64,000 bases of DNA from an uncultured Spirochaetota bacterium (GTDB lineage: Bacteria > Spirochaetota > Spirochaetia > SZUA-6 > Fen-1364): NCBI GenBank assembly GCA_963781885.1, contig CAWAHW010000004.1:576001-640000 (forward strand), given 5' to 3'. This document shows, one piece after another, positions 33,279-42,815 of this stretch (position 1 is its first letter; each line of letters opens with the position of its first letter). The notes below the pieces were generated by a model. The model was not told the origin of the DNA. It did not search any database and saw nothing but the letters and a program-made list of their open reading frames with translations. Both the position numbers and the translations under genes were made by a program.

Positions 33279-34888
33279 TCAGTTCATCAGCGCGATGAGA
33301 TCCCGGGTGAGCTCGGACGTGCCGTCCGGCGCGCGGTTTGCTCGGCCATGACCGGACAGGTACCGGACGTCACGAGCTTCCCATCCTGGACCACGCCAAT
33401 TCCGCTGTACTGCCCGTCCTTCACCGCGGTCGCCATGTCGGCCTCGATCGCAAAGCGCTTGCCGCGTGTCCCCCCCGCCTGGGTGAGAATCAGGACTGCG
33501 CTGTTCTGCGCGGCAATGGGCTTGTTCGCCGCAACGGCCTTGCGTACGATGGCGACCGATTCCGGTGGAATGGGCGAATCACCCCCCGCCATGCAGGGCA
33601 CGATGAGGCCCTTGTAATCTGCCAATTGCGCGTCGGCCATCTTGAGGTCCGCCTTGAGAGTGAAAGAGGCCCCCTTGGCGGGCTCGCCCGTGACGGTTGC
33701 CACCACCACCTGATAGCCGGCGTCCTCCAGGGTCAGCTTCATGACCGCCGCTTCCTGGGAGAGCATGAAATCCGCCGCGTCCGCGCTTCCGTCGCGGAGC
33801 ACCATCAGCACTTTCCCTTTTCCCTCGGCGCCGGCCGCACTCAGGAAAACAGTCGACGCCAGGAGGAATACTCCCAGGCCGAATACCGCCACACCCTTTC
33901 TCATTTTTTTTCCTCCTCTGACGATTGCCTGGATCCTGTCCTTCAGGAGCTTCTTTCTGCGCCCCGATAAGCTGAGTCCCGCGAACAGCACCGGCTCGCG
34001 GCAGAGTTGTGCCGCGTCCAGAACGCACGATGCATACGACTGGCGCCGGACCCCGCAGTCGATCACCGCCGCATCGCATTCCTTCTCCTGTTCCATGTAG
34101 AAGTGTGCGTAGGCCGGCCAGATGAGCGGGACAAACCAGAGCAGCGAGCATATTCCGTACGCTACTGCCAGGCAGAACGAGTCTGCCCGCTTGATGTGAT
34201 ACAGCTCGTGAAGAAGCACGCTGCGCATGCGGGCGGCCGACCAGCCCGTCATGGCAGGCGGCACGGCGATAACCGGGTGGAGAATCCCTCTCGTCATCGG
34301 CGTGACCGCGGATCCGGACTCGTAGACGCGGATCTTCCGCCGGATACCCACCAGGCGGGCAAGCTCTCGAACGGTTCGGTCCGGCACCGGGGCAGCGCTT
34401 CCTTTCCCATGCCGCCCGATGCCCGCAAGCATCACCCGGCCCGCGAGCATCCTCAACCACCCCCACAACGCTCCCGCAACCAGGAGGAACAGCACCAGCG
34501 GCGGCCACAGGCTGGGCCAGATTCCGCGGGTCGACGTTTGTTCCCAGACGATGGCCGCGGTGGGCGGCAGCTTACCCTGGCTGGCAAAGCCGGATGAGGG
34601 CATGAGCGCGGAGGAGAGCGCCGCAACCGGGCCGGCGGCCTCCGTCGGGCGGCTTGTGAGTTGAAACAAGGGCCCCCGCAGGGCCAAGGCCAGAATCAGC
34701 AGGCTGCCGAGCATGGAAAACAGCCACAACGCGTGCCGCAGTCTCGCGGAGGCGCGCTTCATCGTCCACTGGAGGATGAATGCGAGCGCCAGCAGCAGCG
34801 ACGTCTTGATCAGGACAGAGAAAAGAACCGGAAGAAGCCGCATCGAGAGGCAGACAAGGGCCGGGGGAGGGACGATGGATTCCGTCAC
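33279..34888 (-). CDS. BlaR1/MecR1-type M56 metallopeptidase fused to a C-terminal DJ-1/PfpI-like domain
   Basis: RHALW, TPMTRG...P, LLHELYHIKRAD (HExxH), WFVPL, EKECDA, LKDRI, TM helix, then KVLMVL..DYKGLIVPC..KPIAAQ..VVQDGKLVTS. The probable true end (APDGTSELTRDLIALMN*) at 33279 needs a 1-bp correction at about 33335. Confidence 0.85.
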
Positions 34889-35268
34889 GGGGCGCGCTCC
34901 TTTCTCGATTGTTCAATGGTCTGAACGAGCTGGCGAATATCCTCGTCCGTGAGGTCCCGGGCATGAAGCTGGACCATCGCCGCCACGGCCTTGGGGAGAG
35001 AGTCACCGAAGTACGTCCGCAACAGGTGTTTGAGGGCGCCCTTGACCGCGCTGGAGCGCGGCGTGCGGGGCCAGTAGATGTACTTCCTGCCCTGCTTCGT
35101 ATGCCGGAGACGGCCTTTGCGTTCGAGCACGTTGACGATGACGCGCACGGCCGAGTAACTGGCGGGCGGCGAGATGGCCGCTCGTATCTCTTCCACCGAC
35201 GCATGGGACGTGCGGTAGACGATCTCCATGATTTCCCGCTCCCGGCGGCTCAGCCCCGAATGCGGCAC
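34885..35268 (-). CDS. BlaI/MecI/CopY family repressor
   Basis: LSRREREIMEIVY, SYSAVRVIVNVLERKG, GRKYIY, FGDS; GGAGG RBS with GTG start; stop overlaps the M56 ATG. Confidence 0.92.
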   Translation of the reverse strand: MPHSGLSRREREIMEIVYRTSHASVEEIRAAISPPASYSAVRVIVNVLERKGRLRHTKQGRKYIYWPRTPRSSAVKGALKHLLRTYFGDSLPKAVAAMVQLHARDLTDEDIRQLVQTIEQSRKERAP

Positions 35269-35285
35269 GCAGGCACCTCCGATTG

Positions 35286-35346
35286 GTGCTTAACTCTAAG
35301 CACATGTCCGGGCGGCTGTCAAGATTGATTTGCTTATTTTTAAGCA
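35286..35346 (-). promoter_or_regulatory. BlaI-type operators TGCTTA-N4-TAAGCA (two copies) flanking the promoter
   Basis: GTGCTTA-ACTC-TAAGCAC (35286-35303) covers the -10 TAGAGT; TGCTTA-TTTT-TAAGCA (35331-35346); minus-strand TTGACA at 35317-35322. Confidence 0.8.
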
Positions 35347-35642
35347 GATTGCAAAATCGGCGCGGCGGGAACGACCTTGCGAAGCTCGGATGGGGCGGGC
35401 ATGTACGCGCTCACCAAGGTGCCGTAGGGCCTGCCGCTCCTGAGAGCGGCAGCCGAACCGGAATCCCGCAATTGCGCGCGCGGCAGATATGCCGTACTAT
35501 GGGGCTGTAGAGCACGGCTCGCCGTGACTGCCGGGGCATGAGAGCCTGCCGCTCGACTCTGAATGACTCTCCTACTCGCTCGCTGAGAAAGGCCGGAACC
35601 GCGGTGTGCTTCCACGACCAGCGGTCAAAGAGGAGACGTGGA

Positions 35643-36533
35643 ATGAGCCAGCGAAAGGTCCTCATCGTGGAGGATTCGACAACCCAGCGCGCCATGCTGC
35701 GGGACATGGTGGCACGGGAAGGGTATGACACCGTGATCGCGTCATCGGGCGCCGAGGCGACCGAGCTGATGCAGCTGCACGACGTCGACGCGGTGCTCGT
35801 CGACTGGGAGCTCGATGACACGACGGGACCCGAGCTCTGTCGGCAGTGGCACACGTCGCCGGAGTACGATCTCGTGCCCCTTCTTATCGTGACCAGCTAC
35901 CAGGACGCCGTACACCTGCGCGATTCCCTCGACGCGGGCGCCACGGACTTCATCCGCAAGCCGCCCGATCAGCTCGAGCTCTTTGCCCGTCTCCGTCTGG
36001 CGCTGCGGGTCCGGGAGTTCGGGCTCAAGCTCCACGAGAGCTCGGTGCGCGACCCGCTCACCGGCCTGTACAACAGGCGACACGTTCAGGCGGAGCTCGA
36101 CCGTCTTTGCGAGGCGGCGCGCCGCTATGCCCAGGGGTTCTCCGTGGCCATGATCGACATCGACTTCTTCAAGAAGGTGAACGACACCTACGGGCACGCC
36201 ATGGGCGACGCGATACTCCGCCAGATGGCGGAGTACCTGCAGGGAAGGATGCGCAAGTCGGACATCGTGTCGCGCTTCGGAGGCGAGGAGTTCCTCCTCG
36301 TGCTCCCGGCGACGCCGCTCGACAAGGCCGCGGTTGCCCTGGAAGCCGTGCGCAAGGGACTCGCGGAGAGACGATTCGGCTCGATGGAGACCATCGTCAA
36401 CGTCACTTTCAGCGCCGGCGCGGCAGCCTGGTCCGAGGCACGTTCGGACGCGCACACCATCGTCGAGCGGGCGGACGAGTGCCTCTACGCCTCGAAGCAG
36501 GCAGGACGCAACCGGGTGACGGCCACACCGTAG
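35643..36533 (+). CDS. Response-regulator diguanylate cyclase (REC-GGDEF, WspR/PleD-like)
   Basis: VLIVED, VLVDW, KP; DPLTGLYNRR, DIDFFKKVNDTYGH, RKSD I-site, RFGGEEF. Confidence 0.93.
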   Translation: MSQRKVLIVEDSTTQRAMLRDMVAREGYDTVIASSGAEATELMQLHDVDAVLVDWELDDTTGPELCRQWHTSPEYDLVPLLIVTSYQDAVHLRDSLDAGATDFIRKPPDQLELFARLRLALRVREFGLKLHESSVRDPLTGLYNRRHVQAELDRLCEAARRYAQGFSVAMIDIDFFKKVNDTYGHAMGDAILRQMAEYLQGRMRKSDIVSRFGGEEFLLVLPATPLDKAAVALEAVRKGLAERRFGSMETIVNVTFSAGAAAWSEARSDAHTIVERADECLYASKQAGRNRVTATP

Positions 36534-36758
36534 GAATCTGCCGGCACGGGGGAAGGCGCCGACCACCCTTGCCGCGGAGTTCTCCGACGAACAGATTGCG
36601 CGCATCTTGTGCCGCACGAGATTAAAAACCCCCAAGAGCCATTGCAAAGGTATTCGACCAATGGAATTAACGGGCGCAGGCTGCCGTCGCGAGTAGAGAT
36701 GCTAGCGACCCCCGGCTTCAGGGCATACGGGGAGAAGCGGCAGGCACATGTTTGAGCA

Positions 36759-37877
36759 TTAGGAGGTGGCGCGCGTAACCCGTTCGAACAAGGAGAGTGC
36801 GTTGCCAATGGCCTGGTCCATGTTGAAATATCTGTAGTTTGCAAGGCGTCCCACGAAATATACCTTGTCCTTTTCCAGCATTGCCGCCTTTCGCTGGTAA
36901 CGCGCATACAGATCCTGGTTGCGCAGTGATGGCACCGGGTAGTAGGGCTCGCCATTCCAGGTGGGATACTCGCGAGCGATCGTCGTGCAAGGAATCTTCT
37001 GCCCGGTCATCTGCTTGAACTCGACGATCCGCGTGAAGCCGTGCTCCTCCCCGGGATAGTTGACAACCGGTGCCTTCTGGAAGAGCTCCTGCGGCAGGGT
37101 CTCGAACTCAAACCGCAGGGAGCGATACTCCAGCCGCTCTCCCTCCTGGTAGCGGAAGAACTCGTCCATCTTCCCGCTGAAGAACAGGGCGCGCGGCGCT
37201 CCAATGCGCTCACGCACGTCGAAATAATTCGTTCCGCACTCGACGGTGATGAGCGGGTGGTCGAGCATGCGGCGGAAGAGCTCCGTATACCCCTTCTCGG
37301 GCATTCCCTGCCAAGAATCGGTGAAGTAGCGGTCGTCGAAGTTTTCGCGCACGGGGATGCGATCCAGCACGGAACGGTCGAGGTCCGCCGGGCTTCGATC
37401 CCATTGCTTGCGCGTGTAGTTGCGGAACATCAATTCATACAGCCGTGGTCCGACGCGTGCCAGCGCGGCGTCCTGGCTGTTGCGGATCTCCTTCTTCACC
37501 ACGACGTTCGCCGCAAGCCATTCCCTCATTTGCTCCGGCGTGCTCAAGGAGAGCCCGAAAAGGGCGTTCACCGTGGTGATGTTGACCGGCACGGGCACGA
37601 GCGAGCCTTGTACGCAGCTCAGCACCTTGTGCACGTAGGTGATGAATCCCGAAAATCCGTTCACGTACCTCCACACCCGCTCGTCGACGGTATGGAAAAT
37701 GTGTGCGCCATAGCGCGCGACAAGCACCCCCTCCTCGTTCAGGTAGTCATAGCAGTTGCCGCCGATATGGTCGCGCTTCTCGAGCACGAGGACCTTTTTC
37801 CCGAGCACCGTCGCGAACCGCTCCGCGAGCGTCGCTCCGGAAAAACCGGCGCCGACGACGACAACGTCATGCTCCAT
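36759..37877 (-). CDS. glf: UDP-galactopyranose mutase
   Basis: VVGAGFSG, EKRDHIGGNCYD, YGAHIFHT, YTRKQW, LEYRSL, EPYYP, GRLANYRYFNMDQ. Confidence 0.95.
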   Translation of the reverse strand: MEHDVVVVGAGFSGATLAERFATVLGKKVLVLEKRDHIGGNCYDYLNEEGVLVARYGAHIFHTVDERVWRYVNGFSGFITYVHKVLSCVQGSLVPVPVNITTVNALFGLSLSTPEQMREWLAANVVVKKEIRNSQDAALARVGPRLYELMFRNYTRKQWDRSPADLDRSVLDRIPVRENFDDRYFTDSWQGMPEKGYTELFRRMLDHPLITVECGTNYFDVRERIGAPRALFFSGKMDEFFRYQEGERLEYRSLRFEFETLPQELFQKAPVVNYPGEEHGFTRIVEFKQMTGQKIPCTTIAREYPTWNGEPYYPVPSLRNQDLYARYQRKAAMLEKDKVYFVGRLANYRYFNMDQAIGNALSLFERVTRATS

Positions 37878-38086
37878 TCCACGCGACTCCCTTTTCACCG
37901 AAATTCATTCCCGATCGGCTTTCCTCACGCACCTTCCCGCAGAGCCGATATTCCGGTCCACCCATCATGTCCCGAGGGCTCGCCCAGGCGGCCTCCCTCT
38001 CCACGAGTCGCCGCCGGCCGGGCGGGAAGCCATCCGCCGGCGCTCGACTGCCGGGCGATGGGCCATTCTCGCGGTGGCGCCCATCT

Positions 38087-39289
38087 TCAGGAATGTCTCG
38101 GCGGCCGCGAAGCGACGCTTGCCGCAAGGAAATTCGCGATCACCGGCGCGCCGTTGGTGATGTGGAGGGCTCGACAGTTTTCAACGTACTCATCGAGAAT
38201 CGAGCGATCCTGCACGATGCGTCGCACGATCTGAACCTGCTCGGGGATGCACGGCGCGTACCAGCCCAACCGGTGGCGAAGCACAAAATCGCGGCAGCCC
38301 GATTCGTTCGCCATTGTCTGCGTGATGAGAAAGGGCTTGCCAAAAAAAAGCGTCTCGAAGGTGAAGGAGATCCCCGACTTTCCCATGGTCATGTCCGCGA
38401 AGGCAAGGTGCTCGTGCATCCGTTCGACGTAGCCGTGGGGCATGAGCCTCATTTTGCCACCCGCGTGATTTTCAGCCAGGCGCGTCAGCCGCGCGCGCAG
38501 ATCGTCGTTTTTCCCGCAGATCACTTCAAGGTCTATATCGAGATCGGCGTCCATGAATGCCCGTACCTGCTTTTCCACGCGACCGAGGCCCTCACCCCCC
38601 GAGAGAAGCGTGACGGAGAGGCGCCGGTCCACCGCCTGATCCTTGCCCCCGGATTCGCCTCCCTCAAGAGCCGTACGTTCGAATGTGGGACGTAAGGGGA
38701 AGTCCATGATTTTGATCTGGTCGCTTCGGATCCCCGCCGCCAGAAGATCGTCCACATGGTCGCTGTCGTAGAGGAGGTAACAGTCAACCGGTCCCGCCGT
38801 CCAGATGGCATGCGCCTGGAAGGCGTCGGTGACGAGCATGAACGTCGGAATAGGGCAGGCATTCTTCCTCTTCAGCCGTCCGATGATGTTTGCCGCAGTG
38901 CAGTGGGTGCAAAACACGAGGTCGGGCTTCTTGCGCTCAAGGTATTCGGCCAGCCGCGGCGCCATCCACTGCGAGCTGAGGGCGTCGACGATCCGAACGA
39001 GGCGGAATCTCCTTCGGGTCGCCGCGTAGAGGACTTTGAAGAGAAAAGGATGCACGAGGAAGAAATGCCAGAACCGCACAAGGCTCTTTTCGTAAGAGGG
39101 CATTCCGAGATCGACGGCACAATCGACGATCTTCGTGTCAATGCAGGGATGGGCGGCCGCGAGCGCCGCTTGCACGGATACCGCCGGTACCCGGTGGCCG
39201 TCGCCGATGCTCATCGTGAAGATGAGGATCTTTCGCCTTGTCGGGACCGACATCGTGGAGGCCCCCTCACGATTGCCCGTGCTGTCCAT
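38087..39289 (-). CDS. GT28 glycosyltransferase, MGDG synthase/UgtP-like (diacylglycerol glycosyltransferase)
   Basis: SIGDGH, PDLVFCTH, VTD...HAIW, FPLRP, GGEGLG, ICGKN, GYVERM, GKSG. Confidence 0.85.
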   Translation of the reverse strand: MDSTGNREGASTMSVPTRRKILIFTMSIGDGHRVPAVSVQAALAAAHPCIDTKIVDCAVDLGMPSYEKSLVRFWHFFLVHPFLFKVLYAATRRRFRLVRIVDALSSQWMAPRLAEYLERKKPDLVFCTHCTAANIIGRLKRKNACPIPTFMLVTDAFQAHAIWTAGPVDCYLLYDSDHVDDLLAAGIRSDQIKIMDFPLRPTFERTALEGGESGGKDQAVDRRLSVTLLSGGEGLGRVEKQVRAFMDADLDIDLEVICGKNDDLRARLTRLAENHAGGKMRLMPHGYVERMHEHLAFADMTMGKSGISFTFETLFFGKPFLITQTMANESGCRDFVLRHRLGWYAPCIPEQVQIVRRIVQDRSILDEYVENCRALHITNGAPVIANFLAASVASRPPRHS

Positions 39290-39437
39290 TGTGTCCTCCC
39301 CTGAGGAGAATCGCGACCCTCGCTCGTATTCGCCCCGGCTTCTACCCCGGTCAGGAGCTTCGTTTCGCCTCACGCATGATGTCGGCTCCAGAGCTTTTCG
39401 TCCTTCCGGCAGTGCAGGGTCGGCGAAGATCCTGGTT

Positions 39438-40169
39438 TCACGAGCTCGCCTTGGACGGCGGTACCGAGGCCATCTCTTTGAGGCGGCTCTGGAGAGCCGC
39501 GATGAAGGCGTCCAACTCCCGGACCTGACGCTCCAATTGCTCGGACCTGTTCGTCAGCTCATCCTTGGGTGGACGTGATGCCTGCTCACTGCCACCTCCC
39601 GGCCCACCGGGAGGCGCTCCCGCACCAAAACCCGGTCCGCCGCCCGGCCCGGAGCCTTCGCCGAAACCAGGACCCGCGCGGGGCCCCCCACCCCCCCAAG
39701 GCCGCGATGACTGCACCCCCGCTTGCGATGGCTCCTCAACCGCCGAGGCATACCGCTCGTACTCGGCTTTCTGATCGCCGGTGAGTACTGCGTCAACACC
39801 CCAATGCGCCCTCCAGACCCCCGATCCTGATACAGTCTGGCGATGCTTCAGCGTTCCCAGGATTGGGATGATCCGAGTAATCTGGTCTCCCCTCAGGTAG
39901 AGCGCCTCGTCGCGTGAAAACTCATTGCCCCTTTTCGGAGCGCCGTACCCCGGCGCGGGCATGGAGGACGCAACGCCCTGACCCGTGAGCCCGTCGGCCA
40001 GCTCCTCAGGAAGAAACAGCGAAAGTTCGCGTACGATCCGGTCTACCGTGGGGGCTTCCCCCCTTCCCCCTGGGCCACCAGGTTGCGATGCACAGGAGCA
40101 GAGCGCCGCTATGCATAGGACTGACAGCGACATGACTCCTCGTCGCGTCCCCTTTGCTGTCGCGGCCAT
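39438..40169 (-). CDS. Hypothetical lipoprotein with Gly/Pro-rich segment and C-terminal coiled coil (start uncertain; frame also open to TTG 40406)
   Basis: MAATAKGTRRGVMSLSVLCIAALCSC lipobox-like; LRGDQ/LTGDQ repeats; GPGFG repeats. Confidence 0.55.
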   Translation of the reverse strand: MAATAKGTRRGVMSLSVLCIAALCSCASQPGGPGGRGEAPTVDRIVRELSLFLPEELADGLTGQGVASSMPAPGYGAPKRGNEFSRDEALYLRGDQITRIIPILGTLKHRQTVSGSGVWRAHWGVDAVLTGDQKAEYERYASAVEEPSQAGVQSSRPWGGGGPRAGPGFGEGSGPGGGPGFGAGAPPGGPGGGSEQASRPPKDELTNRSEQLERQVRELDAFIAALQSRLKEMASVPPSKASS

Positions 40170-40434
40170 CGGCAACCGCCGGTGGAGCCGACGAGATCCG
40201 GGCGGGCCGGCTTCAAGCACCGCATGAGGATCACGTACCACGATATGGAATGGTTTCGCCATGCAGCCGCCTGCCTTGAGCGGGGAGGGCTGCGAAAAGG
40301 GGAGGCGAATCGCTGACGAAGAGACTCGTGACCCTCTCTCGGTGCGTCGAGGTTCGACCACGAGCATCGTCCCGCTGGACGCGCGATGACCATTCTCAAG
40401 CTCCAAGATCCGCCTCCTTGCTATTCCGTGCCTT

Positions 40435-40512
40435 AGTGTAGCGGTCCTATCGCGGCGAATGATGAAGCCGGCGTAAAAGTCATGTAAAAAGGCCGTAAAG
40501 CAGAGGTAAAGG
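40435..40512 (-). promoter_or_regulatory. 11-bp-periodic GTAAA direct-repeat array (OmpR/PhoB-type box) with a minus-strand -10; paralogous copies at about 41010-41053 and 41361-41437
   Basis: ATGAA 40462, GTAAA 40473, 40484, 40495 and 40506; minus-strand TACACT at 40435-40440. Confidence 0.65.
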
Positions 40513-40552
40513 CGCGGTGAGCTTGGGACGGAGACAAGTCTCAAGACGACTA

Positions 40553-40981
40553 CTACGTGTCTGCGAGTCTGGCGGAATCCGGTGGCAAAGACGTTGACAG
40601 GACGGCGTGGACTTTTTCCAGTAGCGTCGCTATAGAAAAGGGTTTTTCCATGAATGGCATGCTGACCGGGATCTCACGCGGTTGCCCCGACATGGTGATG
40701 AGTTTCATACCAGGCTGCCGCTTGTTGAGTTCCGCACAGAGATCGATGCCGTTGAGTCCCGGCAAGTCTACATCCGTGATGACGAGCGAGATCTTGCTCG
40801 GACAATCACGAAGGACTCCCAGAGCTTCTTTCGCGTCGCAAGCGGAAAGAGCCGCATAGCCATCCGCCCGAAGAATTTGTGTGACGAGGGTCCGCACATT
40901 CTTTTCATCGTCAACGACAAGTATCACAGCCTTCAGCGCGCCATCGCGGTCAGACGCACGATGTCGGTCCCCAAGTTTCAA
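40553..40981 (-). CDS. Single-domain response regulator (REC)
   Basis: AAGGAGG plus TTG start; ILVVDDE, LVITDVDLPGLNG, MSG, EKPF. Confidence 0.88.
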   Translation of the reverse strand: MKLGDRHRASDRDGALKAVILVVDDEKNVRTLVTQILRADGYAALSACDAKEALGVLRDCPSKISLVITDVDLPGLNGIDLCAELNKRQPGMKLITMSGQPREIPVSMPFMEKPFSIATLLEKVHAVLSTSLPPDSARLADT

Positions 40982-41551
40982 GATCCACCTCCTTCGCATT
41001 CTTGATTTCGGTATAGCGGTTCAGTCGCGCTGCATGATGAAACCGATGTAAAGCACGACGGACTGCGCTGCATGTGTTGAAAAGCCGCTGCCCCCGGGGC
41101 TATCTCAGCTTGGAAAAGTCCAGGCTGATGGCCGACGCCGATGTGTCGAAACGTACGATGAATATGTAAACGGATAACGTGACGGGGCGGGGTTGCGGGG
41201 GACCCAGGACGCCTCGTCACGTTTCTCCGCTTCTTCTTGTCCAAACGGTTTCCTGGCACGCTCGGCGCCGCTCCTCCGACCATTTTGGTAGCCGACGGCA
41301 TTCGAATGGGCTGGCTCGATGTCGGCTCCTGAGCTCTTCATCTTTTCGCGTCTCGACCCCACTGTAGCGCTTCAATCGTTGTGAATGGTGAAGACGGTGT
41401 AAAATTCATGCAAAATGGGCGTAAAGCGGGTGTACGGCACGAAAGCCCGGTAGCTCATGCTCACTGTAATCGAGCCAGGCATGGGGCAATCCAAACAACG
41501 AGTTCCTGGTCGTTCCCATGCGCCGTTTCTAGGAAGAATCGACAACGATGG

Positions 41552-41576
41552 GGGGCCGAAAGGCCCCTCGGTTTTT
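41552..41576 (+). terminator. Intrinsic terminator-like hairpin
   Basis: GGGGCC-GAAA-GGCCCC followed by TCGGTTTTT. Confidence 0.5.
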
Positions 41577-41819
41577 GGTGCGTTCCCTTCGGAGCGCGGC
41601 CTGCCGAGCCGTCAGGCGGCGCTCAGGCCGTAGTCTGAATATAGGTCTTGCATTTTTCTTTCTTCGTGTTATGCTCCAACCCATAAATGAATGTGAGTCT
41701 CGGAACGTATTCCTCCGCAATGGCAGTGCTTCCCGATGATCCGGACAATCCGAAAAGAATGCATACAAATGCATGGACCCATATGCAAAAAACCATGAAA
41801 AAAGGGAAGGAGACAAAAC

Positions 41820-42719
41820 ATGCCAGGGGAAAACGTGAACGAAAACGTCAAGATCGTCGTGTTGGGAACAACCGCCAGGGCCGCCTACAGCGCCGATGAG
41901 AGCCAACAGATCGAAAAAGCGGTCATGGACAGCCTGTTGCTCACCAGCATGGAGCCCTATCACGAGGTCCACGCCGTCGTGAAGCACCATCCCGATGGCC
42001 GACCGCGCTCCATCATCGCCTACCTGCTCCGCGCCCACACCTATACCGTCGATATCGCGATGCTGGATGTCGACGCGGCGTACGGCGTCACGGCCGTTCA
42101 CCCGTCATACACGGAAGTAGAGGAAACCGAGTTCGCGGCCGCCAGGGTTGAAGCACAGCCCATCGCTGCGGGAGCCGTGGACATGGTGTTCGGAACTCCA
42201 GTCCCGAGCATTCCCACGGCAAAGGCCGGAGTAGATTACGCCTACAAGATGGCGATGAGCGCTGGATACAAATGCGTCGAGCTCCTCGGCCCGGACGCCA
42301 ACCTGGCGAACTACAAGAAATACCTGAGCGGCCACTTGAAGGGCTTCGGCAACATCGGCCACGGCTACACCGGGGGCATCGTCCTCGCGGACGGCAACCT
42401 GACGGCGAGTTGGTACTCCGGCCTGCCTGCCAAAGCGCTCTGTCCCGAAGTCGTCTACTTCAACTCCTGCCAGACATTCAACCCGCCCCTGCAGCCCGCC
42501 ATCATGAAGTCCGGCGCGAGGACCTTCGTGGGCGGCAAGGTCAACCTGCTGATCGGTTCCTCCGAGGAAGTTTTCAAGTGCTTCTGGACGAAGATTCTGA
42601 AGGACCTTGCAATGATGGGAATCAGCCTGAAGGAATGCGAGAAGGAGAAGTATCCCGTTGCCAATGCCCATGGCATCAGCGGCGATCTTGGCAAGTTCCT
42701 GCCCATTCCGGCATGCTAG
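41820..42719 (+). CDS. Putative clan CD (caspase/CHAT/gingipain-fold) cysteine protease with a novel ~100-aa N-terminal domain
   Basis: AAGGAG RBS; GY.CVELLG.DA, NIGHG (His181), GIVLADGNLT, VVYFNSC (Cys217), SGARTFVG, FW, HGISGD follow CHAT/C25 motif order; no signal peptide. Confidence 0.7.
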   Translation: MPGENVNENVKIVVLGTTARAAYSADESQQIEKAVMDSLLLTSMEPYHEVHAVVKHHPDGRPRSIIAYLLRAHTYTVDIAMLDVDAAYGVTAVHPSYTEVEETEFAAARVEAQPIAAGAVDMVFGTPVPSIPTAKAGVDYAYKMAMSAGYKCVELLGPDANLANYKKYLSGHLKGFGNIGHGYTGGIVLADGNLTASWYSGLPAKALCPEVVYFNSCQTFNPPLQPAIMKSGARTFVGGKVNLLIGSSEEVFKCFWTKILKDLAMMGISLKECEKEKYPVANAHGISGDLGKFLPIPAC

Positions 42720-42815
42720 CCGCGGGCGGCGATCCCTCCGCTCTCCCGGCAACGTGAGCCGCCGAGCCCTGCATGAGAGACTTTGCCGGCGGCTTTCTCT
42801 CACGGAGGAAATCAG

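Noticed and set aside
35350-35640. Riboswitch upstream of the diguanylate cyclase
   Set aside because: Only one hairpin (CTGCCGCTC-CTGA-GAGCGGCAG) is present, with no recognisable c-di-GMP, TPP or other aptamer consensus.
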